This document shows, in pieces, positions 53,756 to 63,927 of a stretch of DNA of 64,000 bases. The notes under the pieces were generated by a model that saw only the letters and a program-made list of their open reading frames with translations, searched no databases and had not been told where the DNA came from. Both the position numbers and the translations under genes were made by a program. Position 1 is the first letter of the stretch; every line of letters starts with the position of its first letter. The stretch comes from Candidatus Saccharimonadales bacterium. Its GTDB lineage: Bacteria; Patescibacteriota; Saccharimonadia; QS-5-54-17. The stretch is from positions 599,633 through 663,632 of the forward strand of contig JBBDUI010000002.1 in the NCBI GenBank assembly GCA_040903985.1, read 5' to 3'.

Positions 53756-55228
53756 TTACACTATAGGGTTGTAGCGACGGAAGTTATGTTTGGTCACCCG
53801 CCAGAGGTAGACCATGAGTAGTGTGATTAGGACGTAGCTAATCGCTACAGCTGTGACGGAAAAGTTTAGTTCGCTAGTGGCATAGGGTGATAGGGCTAGC
53901 CAGTCGGTTACGGTCGTCATGCCGAGGAGTAAGGCGTAGGCCGGAGCACCAAAGATAGAGGCTAGAGAGGGAAGGAAGGCCGCTCCGAGACCGCTGAGTA
54001 GGGTCAGTCCCATTGTAATTGGGATGAAGGGTAGGAGTAGGAGGTTAGCCAGTAGTGCGAGTGGTGAATACTGGCCGAAGACGAGGGCTACGACAGGAAA
54101 GGTTGTAATCTGGGCTGCAATTGTGCCGACAGCTATATGGCGAACGGCTCCAGGTTCTTTGTCCGAACCCCAGAAGAAGTCGTGCAATAAAGGTGCTAGG
54201 ATGATTACGCCGGTAAAAGCGGTGAAAGAGAGGAACCAGCCGATGTCACCCCAGATAACCGCCGGATCGATCAAGACAGTTGTGGCTGCAACAGATAGTA
54301 GTAATACTATCGGGTGAATCTGTCGGCCATAGTACCAAGCTAGTAAACTTAAACTGGCTACGAGAGAAGCACGTACCATCGAGGTACTAAAGCCGGTTAG
54401 CAAAAGGAAGCTAGCGATCACCGTGAGGCTAAAGAAAGTGGTTAGGTATTTTGAGATCGGCCGGAGTAGTTTATGAAAGTAGCGGGTCACAATCGTGAGA
54501 TGAAAACCACTAGCTACGACGATATGGGCCAGTCCAAGTAGTCGTAGCTGCTGGCTTATATCACCCGGCAGTAGTCCCCGCTGCCCGGTTAAGTAACTGA
54601 CACCGAGCAGGGACTGTGGTTCGGGAATAGCTAGCCGGACATAGTCGGTGAATCGATCTCGGACACGCCGCGCAATATCTCCAGGGCTAGGCCTGATAGC
54701 TTCAATTAGAGTGGCGCGGAAGAGGGTGGCGGACATCGAACCGAAACCAGGCTCGAGCTGACCCTTGAGCTGAATGTGATCACCGCGCTTGAGTTCTATT
54801 TGGGTCATGGTGCTTGTCCAGACCTCACCTGGGAGCCGGCGGCCGTCGATAGTTATGTGGTTGAGACGGAGCTGGAGCTCGCCGCGACTACTGTAGGTGG
54901 TGTCATCGGCTATATGTCCACTGAGATGAACCATCTGGCCAAAGTAAGGTTCATACTTAGCTAGACGACTATCTGCTACAGAGCCGGAGTATAGACCGAG
55001 AATGAGGCCACTAATGAATGCGCCGATAACTAACCACCGCTGGCGCCCTAGCAACAGTGGTAATAGTAGAGCTATCACCACTAAGAGCCAGCGACTGTCC
55101 GTAAAAGTATAGTCGGTTAGCACTGGAATTAATGCCGTCCCAGCTAGGATGCCGGCCGCTAGGCCCGTTAGATGCCATGAAAAGTGCAGGGGCTTATTGA
55201 GTAGAGTGCTTAATTCAACCTGCCGCAT
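53756..55228 (-). CDS. comEC: ComEC/Rec2 DNA-uptake channel protein (competence domain, no beta-lactamase domain).
   Basis: N-terminal DUF4131-like region followed by a ComEC polytopic membrane domain. 490 aa. Confidence 0.7.
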   Translation of the reverse strand: MRQVELSTLLNKPLHFSWHLTGLAAGILAGTALIPVLTDYTFTDSRWLLVVIALLLPLLLGRQRWLVIGAFISGLILGLYSGSVADSRLAKYEPYFGQMVHLSGHIADDTTYSSRGELQLRLNHITIDGRRLPGEVWTSTMTQIELKRGDHIQLKGQLEPGFGSMSATLFRATLIEAIRPSPGDIARRVRDRFTDYVRLAIPEPQSLLGVSYLTGQRGLLPGDISQQLRLLGLAHIVVASGFHLTIVTRYFHKLLRPISKYLTTFFSLTVIASFLLLTGFSTSMVRASLVASLSLLAWYYGRQIHPIVLLLSVAATTVLIDPAVIWGDIGWFLSFTAFTGVIILAPLLHDFFWGSDKEPGAVRHIAVGTIAAQITTFPVVALVFGQYSPLALLANLLLLPFIPITMGLTLLSGLGAAFLPSLASIFGAPAYALLLGMTTVTDWLALSPYATSELNFSVTAVAISYVLITLLMVYLWRVTKHNFRRYNPIV

Positions 55229-55973
55229 CTATCGGTTCTTCGATTGGTAGTACCTGGAGCGGGCAGGTGTTAAGTACGCGCCGCATCGCAGCTAGTTCAG
55301 TTCGAGTGATCCAGAGTAGATACTTTAGCTTGATGGCAGTTTGACGGGCTACGTAACGGCAGCGATAGTTTGGGTGCGGCAGCCAATGGGCGGCATCGGC
55401 ATCACCTTTATCCATATTAGCTTCTGCTGAGGTAGCGATTAAGTTTAGGGGGTCGTTGTAAAAGGTGTGACGCTCGGCCGCGCTTAGGTCCTGGGCTCCC
55501 TTGCGCCAGGCATCAGAAACGGCGACGATATGGTCGATGTGTACCGTATCGGTCTGATTACCGTAGATGAACCCGACTTCAGTCTCGGTATAAGGGTCAG
55601 GATTAAGTGTACCGGCTAGAACCTGGCAATTATCAGCATCTAAGATAATATTTCTCAGATCACGCTGAAGAATACGGTTACGCATATCGCAGCCGTCGAC
55701 TATGGCCCAGCCTGGGCTGAACCGTTCCCGACTGTAGCCGTGACGCGAGAGAGGGTCGGCTACAGGTAGGGTTTGGAGCGCATCACTGGCTAGCTGGTAG
55801 GGTGTATCAGGATCAAGCGGTAACTCGGATGCGGGTGCATTCTCACCGCTAGAGAACCAGTCAAGCGAGTTGAGATTTGTAAGGCTAATGTAGATGAGTA
55901 GCAGTAGCATGAGCAGTGCAACGGCTGAGAAACGCCGGCGTCGGGCAATGTAGGTGGATTGATCATCGTTCAT
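55215..55973 (-). CDS. Membrane-anchored extracellular His-Me finger (HNH/DUF1524-type) nuclease.
   Basis: N-terminal TM. DHIVAVSDAWRKGA...NDPLNLIATSAEANMDKGD matches the DUF1524 HNH motif. Coupled to comEC. Confidence 0.55.
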   Translation of the reverse strand: MNDDQSTYIARRRRFSAVALLMLLLLIYISLTNLNSLDWFSSGENAPASELPLDPDTPYQLASDALQTLPVADPLSRHGYSRERFSPGWAIVDGCDMRNRILQRDLRNIILDADNCQVLAGTLNPDPYTETEVGFIYGNQTDTVHIDHIVAVSDAWRKGAQDLSAAERHTFYNDPLNLIATSAEANMDKGDADAAHWLPHPNYRCRYVARQTAIKLKYLLWITRTELAAMRRVLNTCPLQVLPIEEPIDAAG

Positions 55974-56051
55974 AATGAGCGATCGTACTCGTTAGCTACC
56001 TTACTAATATTATGGAGTACTAGGTAACTATAATTCAAATTGAGCGGCCAT

Positions 56052-56816
56052 CTAGTAGGTAGAAGCCGGTGGTAGATCGAAGAACTCTTCCAGAGTTGGG
56101 TTGTCTTGTCGGTGTAGCTCTCTTGCTAGTTCAGTCCCAACGTAGCGGAAGTGCCATGGCTCGTAGCTGTAGCCGGTAATGTCGGCCATCCCTTCACGGT
56201 AGCGGAGGATGAAGCCGTACTCATGGGCGTGAGCAGCTAGCCACTGACCTTCGGCGGTTTCATCGAAACAAGCTTCGATGAAACATTCGCCATCACGACG
56301 GACAAAATCGACGGCTAGGCCGCTCTGATGCTCGCTGTGGCCGGGACGAGCACTGAAAGTGTCGGCCGCTGTCTGGCCTTCGCGTTCGACATATAGATTA
56401 TAGATGCCACTTTGGTAACTAGCGGAGCGGTAAGCACTACCGAGGGCGAGTTGAAGTCCCTCGCTGGTAGCGCTGGCTACCAGAGCTTTGAGGTGATCTG
56501 TAATCCGGCTGTCGACCTGCATGTTTTCTGCGTCACTTGGGCCGTAGAGTGGGATATCGGGTGTGGTGAGGTGAGGGACATAGCTTTCCGGTAGAGGGCG
56601 CTGTTTGTTGACGATGAACCAGAGGCTACCTGGTTCATCGAGTGAGTAAAGTTCACGGTCAAACGCTGCACTCTCGGCGTCTGGATTATTAGGGTCAGAG
56701 TTCGGAGAAGCTGCGCGCTCGACGAAGTACCAGCTTACAAGTCCAAGTAGGACAATTAGTCCGATGACTAAAGGAAAATGCGATCTGGTTTTTGTTTGTT
56801 TGATTGGTGGGCGCAT
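56052..56816 (-). CDS. D-alanyl-D-alanine carboxypeptidase (VanY/M15B family), membrane-anchored.
   Basis: SAYRSASYQ and GHSEHQSGLAVD zinc-binding motifs. N-terminal TM. Confidence 0.75.
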   Translation of the reverse strand: MRPPIKQTKTRSHFPLVIGLIVLLGLVSWYFVERAASPNSDPNNPDAESAAFDRELYSLDEPGSLWFIVNKQRPLPESYVPHLTTPDIPLYGPSDAENMQVDSRITDHLKALVASATSEGLQLALGSAYRSASYQSGIYNLYVEREGQTAADTFSARPGHSEHQSGLAVDFVRRDGECFIEACFDETAEGQWLAAHAHEYGFILRYREGMADITGYSYEPWHFRYVGTELARELHRQDNPTLEEFFDLPPASTY

Positions 56817-57050
56817 GGAGTTAGATTATAGGGGATTGAAGCCAGCCTGCAAGCGGTGTGTAGTTGACATAATAGAGAGAAATATGTATAAAAAGTAAGT
56901 CTATACTTGATATAGTGCTGCTTGAAATAGAGTTAAGGTGAGTGAAATTTGAAGAGGGTTGAGTGGTTTTGGGCTTAAAGTCACCCAACCCTCTTCAAAT
57001 TAGGAGGGTTAGTCGATCCTAGGTGAAAATCTAGGGAGAGGATATCGATC

Positions 57051-57605
57051 ATGCCCATCACTGATCTCGCTACCAATCCCTTCTGGCTGCTGTTCTATAG
57101 CACCGGTCAGCTGGCAGGTGTCATCGCTATCGCCCTGGTGGTCGTATTCCTGCGCGCCCTATGGGTGAAGAGGAAGGTCACGCTTCTGTCCGTCAGCTAC
57201 CTTGGTGCCGCCGGCGTCATGGGCCTCGCTACCTACGAGCTGTCCGCGTTCAGGATGCGATCACCGCTCGGGCCTATCCCAGGAGTAGCAGTCTTACTGC
57301 TGATCCTGTTGGTCGTGCTTGGCGGCAGACTCGTGCACGAGTCTGTGAACCAACAGCTGATCGGGTTGATGGTGACCTTCTTCATGGTGCTGGTTACTGC
57401 CGCCATGCTGGCTGAGCTACTGCCTGTAGGTATGGGCTCGGTGGCATTGGCCAACCTGCTGCTGTGGTTGGCGCTTCTGTTGGGGCTTGCGACGCTCTTG
57501 GTCCACTTCCGGCAACGACAGAGTCGAGACTCCCAGATCGCTCCTCGCAGTGGGTCACATCGGCGCGACACCTCTGGCTCCCGGATCGTCGATCAGTCGG
57601 CCTGA
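57051..57605 (+). CDS. Polytopic membrane protein encoded in an anomalously high-GC (about 60%) segment.
   Basis: 4-5 TM helices. Composition clearly differs from the flanks. Followed by a 14-bp-stem hairpin at 57615..57663. Confidence 0.45.
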   Translation: MPITDLATNPFWLLFYSTGQLAGVIAIALVVVFLRALWVKRKVTLLSVSYLGAAGVMGLATYELSAFRMRSPLGPIPGVAVLLLILLVVLGGRLVHESVNQQLIGLMVTFFMVLVTAAMLAELLPVGMGSVALANLLLWLALLLGLATLLVHFRQRQSRDSQIAPRSGSHRRDTSGSRIVDQSA

Positions 57606-57795
57606 GACCCTCGCTAGTGCGGACGAGACGGCTCTTTGAGTCTGTACTCGTCCGCACTAGCGGAACTACTTAAGTTACATAACCTTATTTTTTATGCTTA
57701 CTTCTTTATAACTAATTTATTACGCTTAAGCTGGACTGACTCAGCGTTCTTTGCTATATTTCAGCCTAGTTTCAATAACAAAAAGAGTCCGTCTT

Positions 57796-58287
57796 ATGAA
57801 TCGACCGAGTCAGAGCACACAGATTATCGGCATTATCCTTATTCTCATGACGGTGGTGGTCTTAGCAGTGGTGGGCTGGATGTGGCTTGAGGCGGCCGAG
57901 TCTAGTCGTCAAGTCGATAACACTCCCAGCGAGAATACTACCTTAGCTACCGAGTACACGTCAGAGTCTGGGGTGAAGGTTCGGGTGACTGCCCCGGAGA
58001 GTGGGGTAGTAGTATCCTCCCCGCTAGTAGTCCGAGGCGAAGTTCCAGGTAACTGGTCGTTTGAAGCCAGTTTTCCAGTGCGATTGCTGGATGAGGAGGG
58101 CGTTGAATTGGCAACCGCTATCGCGACTTTGGAAGATGACTGGATGACGGAAGAGCTAGTATCTTTTAGTGCTGAGCTGGAATTTGATGCACCTGAGAGC
58201 GAGCGCGGTACCCTGGTACTTGAGAAGAGTAATCCGAGCGGTTTGGCTGCCCAAGCCGATAAAGTCACACTGCCGCTGCGTTTCTAG
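57796..58287 (+). CDS. Secreted or membrane-anchored hypothetical protein (start at Met 57796).
   Basis: N-terminal TM/signal IIGIILILMTVVVLAVVGW. Confidence 0.45.
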   Translation: MNRPSQSTQIIGIILILMTVVVLAVVGWMWLEAAESSRQVDNTPSENTTLATEYTSESGVKVRVTAPESGVVVSSPLVVRGEVPGNWSFEASFPVRLLDEEGVELATAIATLEDDWMTEELVSFSAELEFDAPESERGTLVLEKSNPSGLAAQADKVTLPLRF

Positions 58288-59030
58288 CTTGCTGCTCCGG
58301 CTGAACTCGGTTTAGTCTGTTCGATAATCTTAATGATCTCATCGAAATCATCGGTTAAGGTATAGAGCTGAGTGTCGTTCTCTCCGATGGTTTGATTTTG
58401 TTTTTGCAGAGTGGTTTCGATGTAATCTAGTAGCGGCTGCCAAAAACTACTACCCACCAGAATGATAGGAATCGGTTTAATCTTTCCAGTCTGCTTCAAA
58501 GTTAAAATTTCGAAGAATTCGTCCATAGTACCGAATCCGCCCGGGAAGTAAACGTAGGCTCGGGCAGCGAAGGCGAGGGCGACTTTACGACTGAAAAAGT
58601 AGTAGAAGTCGCTGGAGTGAGTGACGAATTCATTTGTCACTTGTTCGTAAGGCAGCTCTATCGTCATACCGACCGAGTCGCCGTTAACATCGTGTGCCCC
58701 ACGGTTAGCGGCCTCCATAATACCGCGACCACCACCACTGACTATAGTGATGCCTAGCTCTTGAGCGATTCGCTTAGCTAGGTGACGTGCTTGCTGATAG
58801 TACTCGTTATGCTCGTCGAAACGGGCCGAGCCGAAGAAAGATACGGTATTGGGGTGGTTCTGGATGATGCGAAAGCCGCTTTCAAAGTCAGAGTGGATCC
58901 GTTTCATACGGATACGAATGTCATCGTTGCTGAGTGCCCGAATCTCACGATCCTCACGTTCGGCTACGGTGCGAAGGGAGGAGTGGCGCCGGCTACTGGG
59001 CTGGAAAATCTGTTTGAGTTTTTTCTTCAT
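58284..59030 (-). CDS. LOG family protein (cytokinin riboside 5'-monophosphate phosphoribohydrolase-like / TIGR00730).
   Basis: GGGxGxMEAxNRGA and PGGFGTMDE(F)FE motifs. Confidence 0.8.
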   Translation of the reverse strand: MKKKLKQIFQPSSRRHSSLRTVAEREDREIRALSNDDIRIRMKRIHSDFESGFRIIQNHPNTVSFFGSARFDEHNEYYQQARHLAKRIAQELGITIVSGGGRGIMEAANRGAHDVNGDSVGMTIELPYEQVTNEFVTHSSDFYYFFSRKVALAFAARAYVYFPGGFGTMDEFFEILTLKQTGKIKPIPIILVGSSFWQPLLDYIETTLQKQNQTIGENDTQLYTLTDDFDEIIKIIEQTKPSSAGAAS

Positions 59031-59160
59031 ATCTATTTTTTACACTTTAGGTTAGCTAGCGTTATGGTAGCAGATTACCGTCCTAAGATAAAAGAGTCTT
59101 TTCTCGCTTCAATAACTTGAATGCGTTAATATGGGGTGAGAAGTAAACATAAGCAGAAAA

Positions 59161-61704
59161 GTGAACTCATCCGTGAAGGCCTATTACCAACAGTCTACTA
59201 CTGAGCTCTATGAGCAGCTTAAGACCGGCGAGCATGGGCTCAGCAGCGCTGAGGCTACCGCACGGCTAGCTGAGTACGGTCCTAATACTATTCAGGTAGA
59301 GACGGAATCGCTCTGGCATAAGCTCAGCGAACCGTTTCGGAGTGTCTTCATGTTGATCTTAGCGATTGCAGCCGGAGCCAGTCTTGCGACTAATGAGCAG
59401 CTCGATGCGGTGATAATTTTTGCCATTATCGTGATATCGGTCGTAATCTACTACTTACAGCGGTTCTCGGCCGATCGGGTATTGCGAGCACTGGAGCAGA
59501 CTGACCGTCAGCTGATTAAGGTTTTCCGCGACGGAGTCGAGCATGAACTGCCGGTAGAGCAGTTGGTGCCCGGGGATGTGGTCGAGCTACATGAAGGAGA
59601 GAAAGTGCCGGCCGATGCGCGCTTAGTCACAGCCGATAACGTTCGGAGTGATGAGGCGCTACTCACCGGCGAATCGGCACCGGTCGCAAAAGTCATCCAG
59701 CCAGCCCGGGCGAAAAAACAGGTGTACGATCAGACCAATATGTTGTTTCGCGGTGCCTTCATAGTTTCTGGGACGGCTGTGGCAGTAGTAGTAGCCACTG
59801 GAAACGCTACAGAGTTCGGCCAAATCGCAGCCCTCTCTCGGCGTACCGACTTAACTAGTCCGGTTCGGGCTAAAATCGACCGGCTTATTTCGCAAATAGT
59901 CGGTGTAGTAGCCCTGATATCTCTGGGTGTATTTGGGCTGGGTTTTTATCGAGGGCTAGATCTGGCTGAGTCGATTCGTCTAGTACTAACCTTATCGGTT
60001 GCGGTGATTCCAGAGGGGCTACCGATCGCTATCTCGGTCATTCTAGTGCTTGGTATGCGGCGAATGGCCAAACAACAGGCGTTAGTCCGGAGTATGAGTG
60101 CCATTGAGAATATCGGCAGCATTACTACGATTGCTACCGATAAAACTGGTACTCTAACTCAGAACAAGCTATCGATCCAAGATGTCTGGTTGCCGAGTGA
60201 ACCGCTTGAGTTACGTCAGGTGGCGGAGGCTGTCTATTTGTCGGTTAATCAGGGCAAAGGGGAGTTGTTTGATCCCTTGGATAGTGCCCTAATGGCGTTT
60301 GCGACTTCCTACCATGTCTCCAGCGTTACCGGACATGATCTGGTGTCTAGCCTGACTTTTGAGCAGGAACAGGCGATGAGTGGTAATGTCTGGCAAGATG
60401 CTAAAGGGTATGAGACTTATGTCAAAGGTGCACCGGAACGCATAGTGGCCGCTAGTTCTCTAAGTGACAAACGCCGCCAGGCAATCGAGGAGCGCCTGCA
60501 CGCCCTCACGGCAAAAGGTTATCGAGTGATTGCCTTAGCCCGTATCCATCGGGGTAAGGAAGTGCCTCAGACATTAACGGCCGTCCGCGAAGAGGGGCTA
60601 GAGTTTCTCGCTTTAATTGCGGTAGCTGATGAGTTAAGAGCCGAAGCTAAACAATCGGTGCTGGATGCCCAAGCAGCTGGGGTGAATGTTCGTATGGTTA
60701 CCGGTGACCATGCGGAGACAGCTTTTGCGATCGGGAAAGAGCTCGGCCTAGTCGAACAACGCAGCCAGGTGTTTGACTGTACCGCTATTGACCAGCTGTC
60801 CGAATCGGAGCTGAAAGAGAAGGTAAATAATGCCCAGGTCTTCGCTCGGGTGCTACCGGAGTATAAACATCGTATTCTCAGCATTCTAAAGACGAGCCAG
60901 ATCGTAGCTATGACTGGTGATGGCGTTAATGACGTACCGGCCCTAACCAATTCTCATATCGGTATCGCCATGGGTAGTGGTTCGCAGATAGCCAAGGAGG
61001 CTGGTGATATCGTGCTCTTAGACGACAATTTTAGCAGTATTACAGCGGCGCTGAGGCAAGGGCGCGTTATATTCGACAACATTCGGCGCATGCTCTACTA
61101 CCTGCTATCTAGTAATCTGGGTGAGGTTCTAACGGTTGTAGCGGCCTTAGTGGTAGGTCTACCGTTACCGCTGCTGCCGGTGCAGATACTTTGGATTAAC
61201 TTAGCTACCGATACGTCAATGGTAATTCCGCTGGGTTTGGAGCCGGCTGAGTATGATGTGATGAGTCGTCCACCGCGTCCACCTAAGCAGCCGATTTTTA
61301 CAAAAGCTATGATCTCAAGGATGGCTCTAGCCGGGGTAACGATGGCTATCGTTGCAATTGCATTCTTCCAGTATCATTTACAGACCGAGAGCGCTGACTA
61401 TGCGCGCACGGTCGTGTTTAATATCTTAATCGTGATCCAGCTGGCCCACGCCTTTAATGCTCGGAGTGAGTGGCAGTCAGTTTTCGCGCGCCTAGGAGTG
61501 ATGAACTTTAAATTTTATGTCGGACTCATACTGACTGTCGGCCTGCACGTTCTCTCTCTGCGTGGACCGCTAGGGCCGATTCTGCATCTTGAGCTGATTA
61601 CACTAGAAGATATTATTATTAGCGGTGGGGTGGCTCTGACCGCTATATTAGCCGTAAGCGAACTACATAAGTTCATTGGACGCCGTTATTTTCAGCGGAA
61701 CTAG
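59161..61704 (+). CDS. P-type cation-transporting ATPase (type IIA/IIIB-like, Ca2+/Mg2+).
   Basis: DKTGTLT phosphorylation site. TGDGVNDVPAL hinge. 10 TM helices. 847 aa. Confidence 0.9.
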   Translation: MNSSVKAYYQQSTTELYEQLKTGEHGLSSAEATARLAEYGPNTIQVETESLWHKLSEPFRSVFMLILAIAAGASLATNEQLDAVIIFAIIVISVVIYYLQRFSADRVLRALEQTDRQLIKVFRDGVEHELPVEQLVPGDVVELHEGEKVPADARLVTADNVRSDEALLTGESAPVAKVIQPARAKKQVYDQTNMLFRGAFIVSGTAVAVVVATGNATEFGQIAALSRRTDLTSPVRAKIDRLISQIVGVVALISLGVFGLGFYRGLDLAESIRLVLTLSVAVIPEGLPIAISVILVLGMRRMAKQQALVRSMSAIENIGSITTIATDKTGTLTQNKLSIQDVWLPSEPLELRQVAEAVYLSVNQGKGELFDPLDSALMAFATSYHVSSVTGHDLVSSLTFEQEQAMSGNVWQDAKGYETYVKGAPERIVAASSLSDKRRQAIEERLHALTAKGYRVIALARIHRGKEVPQTLTAVREEGLEFLALIAVADELRAEAKQSVLDAQAAGVNVRMVTGDHAETAFAIGKELGLVEQRSQVFDCTAIDQLSESELKEKVNNAQVFARVLPEYKHRILSILKTSQIVAMTGDGVNDVPALTNSHIGIAMGSGSQIAKEAGDIVLLDDNFSSITAALRQGRVIFDNIRRMLYYLLSSNLGEVLTVVAALVVGLPLPLLPVQILWINLATDTSMVIPLGLEPAEYDVMSRPPRPPKQPIFTKAMISRMALAGVTMAIVAIAFFQYHLQTESADYARTVVFNILIVIQLAHAFNARSEWQSVFARLGVMNFKFYVGLILTVGLHVLSLRGPLGPILHLELITLEDIIISGGVALTAILAVSELHKFIGRRYFQRN

Positions 61705-61761
61705 TAGTTGACTGCGTAAACCATAAGCATATAATTAAGACCAGTTTAACTGGTAGTAGAG

Positions 61762-62478
61762 ATGAACAAGATCGCTATAGTATCAACAGTAGTCGGAGCG
61801 TTATTTGTTACGACCGTGACTTTTTCTACCGTAACCGCTCAGGCTCAGCTAATCGATAGAGCAGCTGAGTCGTCTGAAGCGCTTCAGCAAGAAGTCGACC
61901 GGCGAGCTCAACAGACCCCACTGCAGAGGGGTAATTTGGCACCAGATACACCAGTAACCTCAGAAGACGAATCACCTGCGACCACCCCGATGCGCACAAC
62001 TCAAACGGACGCGCGTGATAATCGATCAAGCTGCACCAACAGGGCCACCGCAGTTAATACTATCGCTGAACGATTTGTGCGCTTAAGTGAACGCCAGCTT
62101 TTAGTGATAGGCACGATCGTTGAGCGAGTGGATGGTTACTACAGAGAAAGTGGTCTAGAGGCGGATGGTTACGCTGACTACTTGGCTGCCAACCAAGAGC
62201 GACGGGTACAGCTGGAGACAGCGATCGCACAGATTACTGCCACTCAAACAGAGCTAGCCTGCCCTGAGGCTGCTCTGCGTGAGCAGCTAAGGGATTTACG
62301 TGTTCAGCTGCAAACAGTTGTGACCCGGGTAGGTGAATACCGACGTACAGCCCGGGAGCTAGTAGTGGTGGTGCGAACGGCTGCTCAAGCCGCCGCCACT
62401 GAAGGCGAGACCGAAGGAGAGAATGATTCCGCTCCGGAGGAGCCAGTTATCAATGCCACGGACAGCCCGGATGCGTAA
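61762..62478 (+). CDS. Secreted hypothetical protein with signal peptide.
   Basis: N-terminal IAIVSTVVGALFVTTVTFSTVTAQA signal. Coiled-coil-like remainder. Confidence 0.4.
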   Translation: MNKIAIVSTVVGALFVTTVTFSTVTAQAQLIDRAAESSEALQQEVDRRAQQTPLQRGNLAPDTPVTSEDESPATTPMRTTQTDARDNRSSCTNRATAVNTIAERFVRLSERQLLVIGTIVERVDGYYRESGLEADGYADYLAANQERRVQLETAIAQITATQTELACPEAALREQLRDLRVQLQTVVTRVGEYRRTARELVVVVRTAAQAAATEGETEGENDSAPEEPVINATDSPDA

Positions 62479-62758
62479 GTATCGTCTTACCCCGATTGAG
62501 CTGTTTCTTATCGCGGCTACCGTTTTTGTGGTTGGGTTTGTCGGTTATGCGGTCTACCAGACCCAGCAGATTGCCGAACAGCCGCTAGAAGAGACGGAGA
62601 TAGCCCCCCGCGATGATGCGGCCGATCGCGTCCCGGATGCGCCAGAGGTAGAGTCGGCACAAGATCTCGATGCTGCCGTTCAAACTTTAGACGAGATCGA
62701 TCCAGAGGCCGGCCTAGAGGAGGATAGCGAGTTAGAATCTCAAGCCAGCGAACTCTAA
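62423..62758 (+). CDS. Small single-TM protein with an acidic C-terminus. The real start is probably an internal Met.
   Basis: TM FLIAATVFVVGFVGYAVY. Overlaps the previous ORF by 56 nt. Confidence 0.35.
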   Translation: MIPLRRSQLSMPRTARMRKYRLTPIELFLIAATVFVVGFVGYAVYQTQQIAEQPLEETEIAPRDDAADRVPDAPEVESAQDLDAAVQTLDEIDPEAGLEEDSELESQASEL

Positions 62759-62839
62759 GTTCTAAGTTTGCCGCCAGCTAGAAAACTCCCGCGAAATTAT
62801 TCCGTGGGAGTTTTACGTCTGTAGTTAGAGTTGGTTGTC

Positions 62840-63094
62840 CTAGCGCCGGAGAGCGCGAACGATAGCTAGGAGGATCACCGCACCGACTGTGGCGACAATT
62901 AGCCTACCGATAATATTAGCATCTACCTCGAAACCGAGTGCCTCAAAGACGATACTGCCGATAAAACTACCGATAATACCAACGATAACGTTCATTACTA
63001 AGCCCTGTTGGGCGGCCGTTTTCATGATCAGTGAGGCTAGCCATCCGGCTAGACCACCGACAATTAAGGTCATGATAATTACAGGTCCATCCAT
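62840..63094 (-). CDS. GlsB/YeaQ/YmgE family stress-response membrane protein.
   Basis: MTLIVGGLAGWLASLIMK...IVGIIGSFIGS family signature. 84 aa. Confidence 0.75.
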   Translation of the reverse strand: MDGPVIIMTLIVGGLAGWLASLIMKTAAQQGLVMNVIVGIIGSFIGSIVFEALGFEVDANIIGRLIVATVGAVILLAIVRALRR

Positions 63095-63165
63095 AGTGAT
63101 TTTCTCCTTAGCTTTATAAACCCCACAATTATAGCATTGAGATCCGTTGCAATTAAGTTTTGTTT

Positions 63166-63206
63166 ATAGAAAAACCGCCCGAGGCTTTGATGGCCACTGG
63201 GCGGTT
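63166..63206 (-). terminator. Rho-independent terminator downstream of 63229..63927 (stem AACCGCCC/GGGCGGTT, then T-run on the minus strand).
   Basis: Read directly. Confidence 0.55.
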
Positions 63207-63228
63207 CTCTAAAGTGCTAGCGCGCAGG

Positions 63229-63927
63229 TTACTTGCGGCGCGGAGACTTTTCGCTACGTGTGTAGGCTCGCTCGATGATTCGAGCGGCGGTGTCGCGTCC
63301 ACCGAGTCCGAAAGCGAGAGCGAGTCCTAACATTACACCGGCTACGATAACCGTAATGTTAGCGGTTAGGATGGTAGTGTCGAAGCCAAGCTGGTCGACG
63401 GCCATCAGTGAACCGAATGCTACTAGTGAGTAGAATGCTACAGTGGCAATCGGTGAGGCGAAGTCGACACTCATGCGGGCTAGTCCAACCGCAACGGCGT
63501 CCCGTACTAAGCGCGCACCAGCTACGGTCACAGTCAATACGATAGCGGCAGCTAGAACGTTAGGCAGGTAGTTTAGTAGCTCGCGGATCACATCGCGCAT
63601 GGCGTTCAGTTCGAGCACATCAGCGGCAGTGAGGGCGAAGATGACGATTACTACCCAGAAGACTACTCGAGCGGCTAGGCCTACCCAGTCAGCTTCAAGA
63701 CCGGTAGTTCTAAGCGTTTGAGCTACAGTTTTGTTAGTCTTTAGTTTGTTAATTCCAATAAATTCGAGCACCTTCTTAGTTAGGCTTTCTGCTAGCTTAG
63801 CCACTAGCGCACCTAAGATAATAAGTAGGATCGCTCCTAGCAACTTCGGCATGAATGTGCCGATTGATTGCCAGAATTCGTTGGCTGAATCCGTAACGAG
63901 ATCGGTGAAGTTTTGTACTTCCTGCAT
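63229..63927 (-). CDS. Mechanosensitive-channel-family membrane protein with two 'conserved TM helix' repeats.
   Basis: Two copies of the TM_helix repeat pattern (LPKLLGAILLIILGALVAKL / LPNVLAAAIVLTVTVAGARL). Confidence 0.5.
   Translation of the reverse strand: MQEVQNFTDLVTDSANEFWQSIGTFMPKLLGAILLIILGALVAKLAESLTKKVLEFIGINKLKTNKTVAQTLRTTGLEADWVGLAARVVFWVVIVIFALTAADVLELNAMRDVIRELLNYLPNVLAAAIVLTVTVAGARLVRDAVAVGLARMSVDFASPIATVAFYSLVAFGSLMAVDQLGFDTTILTANITVIVAGVMLGLALAFGLGGRDTAARIIERAYTRSEKSPRRK

Noticed and set aside
57161-57673. Multiple overlapping ORFs on both strands (57161..57415, 57233..57571, 57394..57657, 57464..57673).
   Set aside because: These are artefacts of the roughly 60% GC segment, where stop codons are rare. 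Only the TM-helix-encoding frame 57051..57605 looks real.
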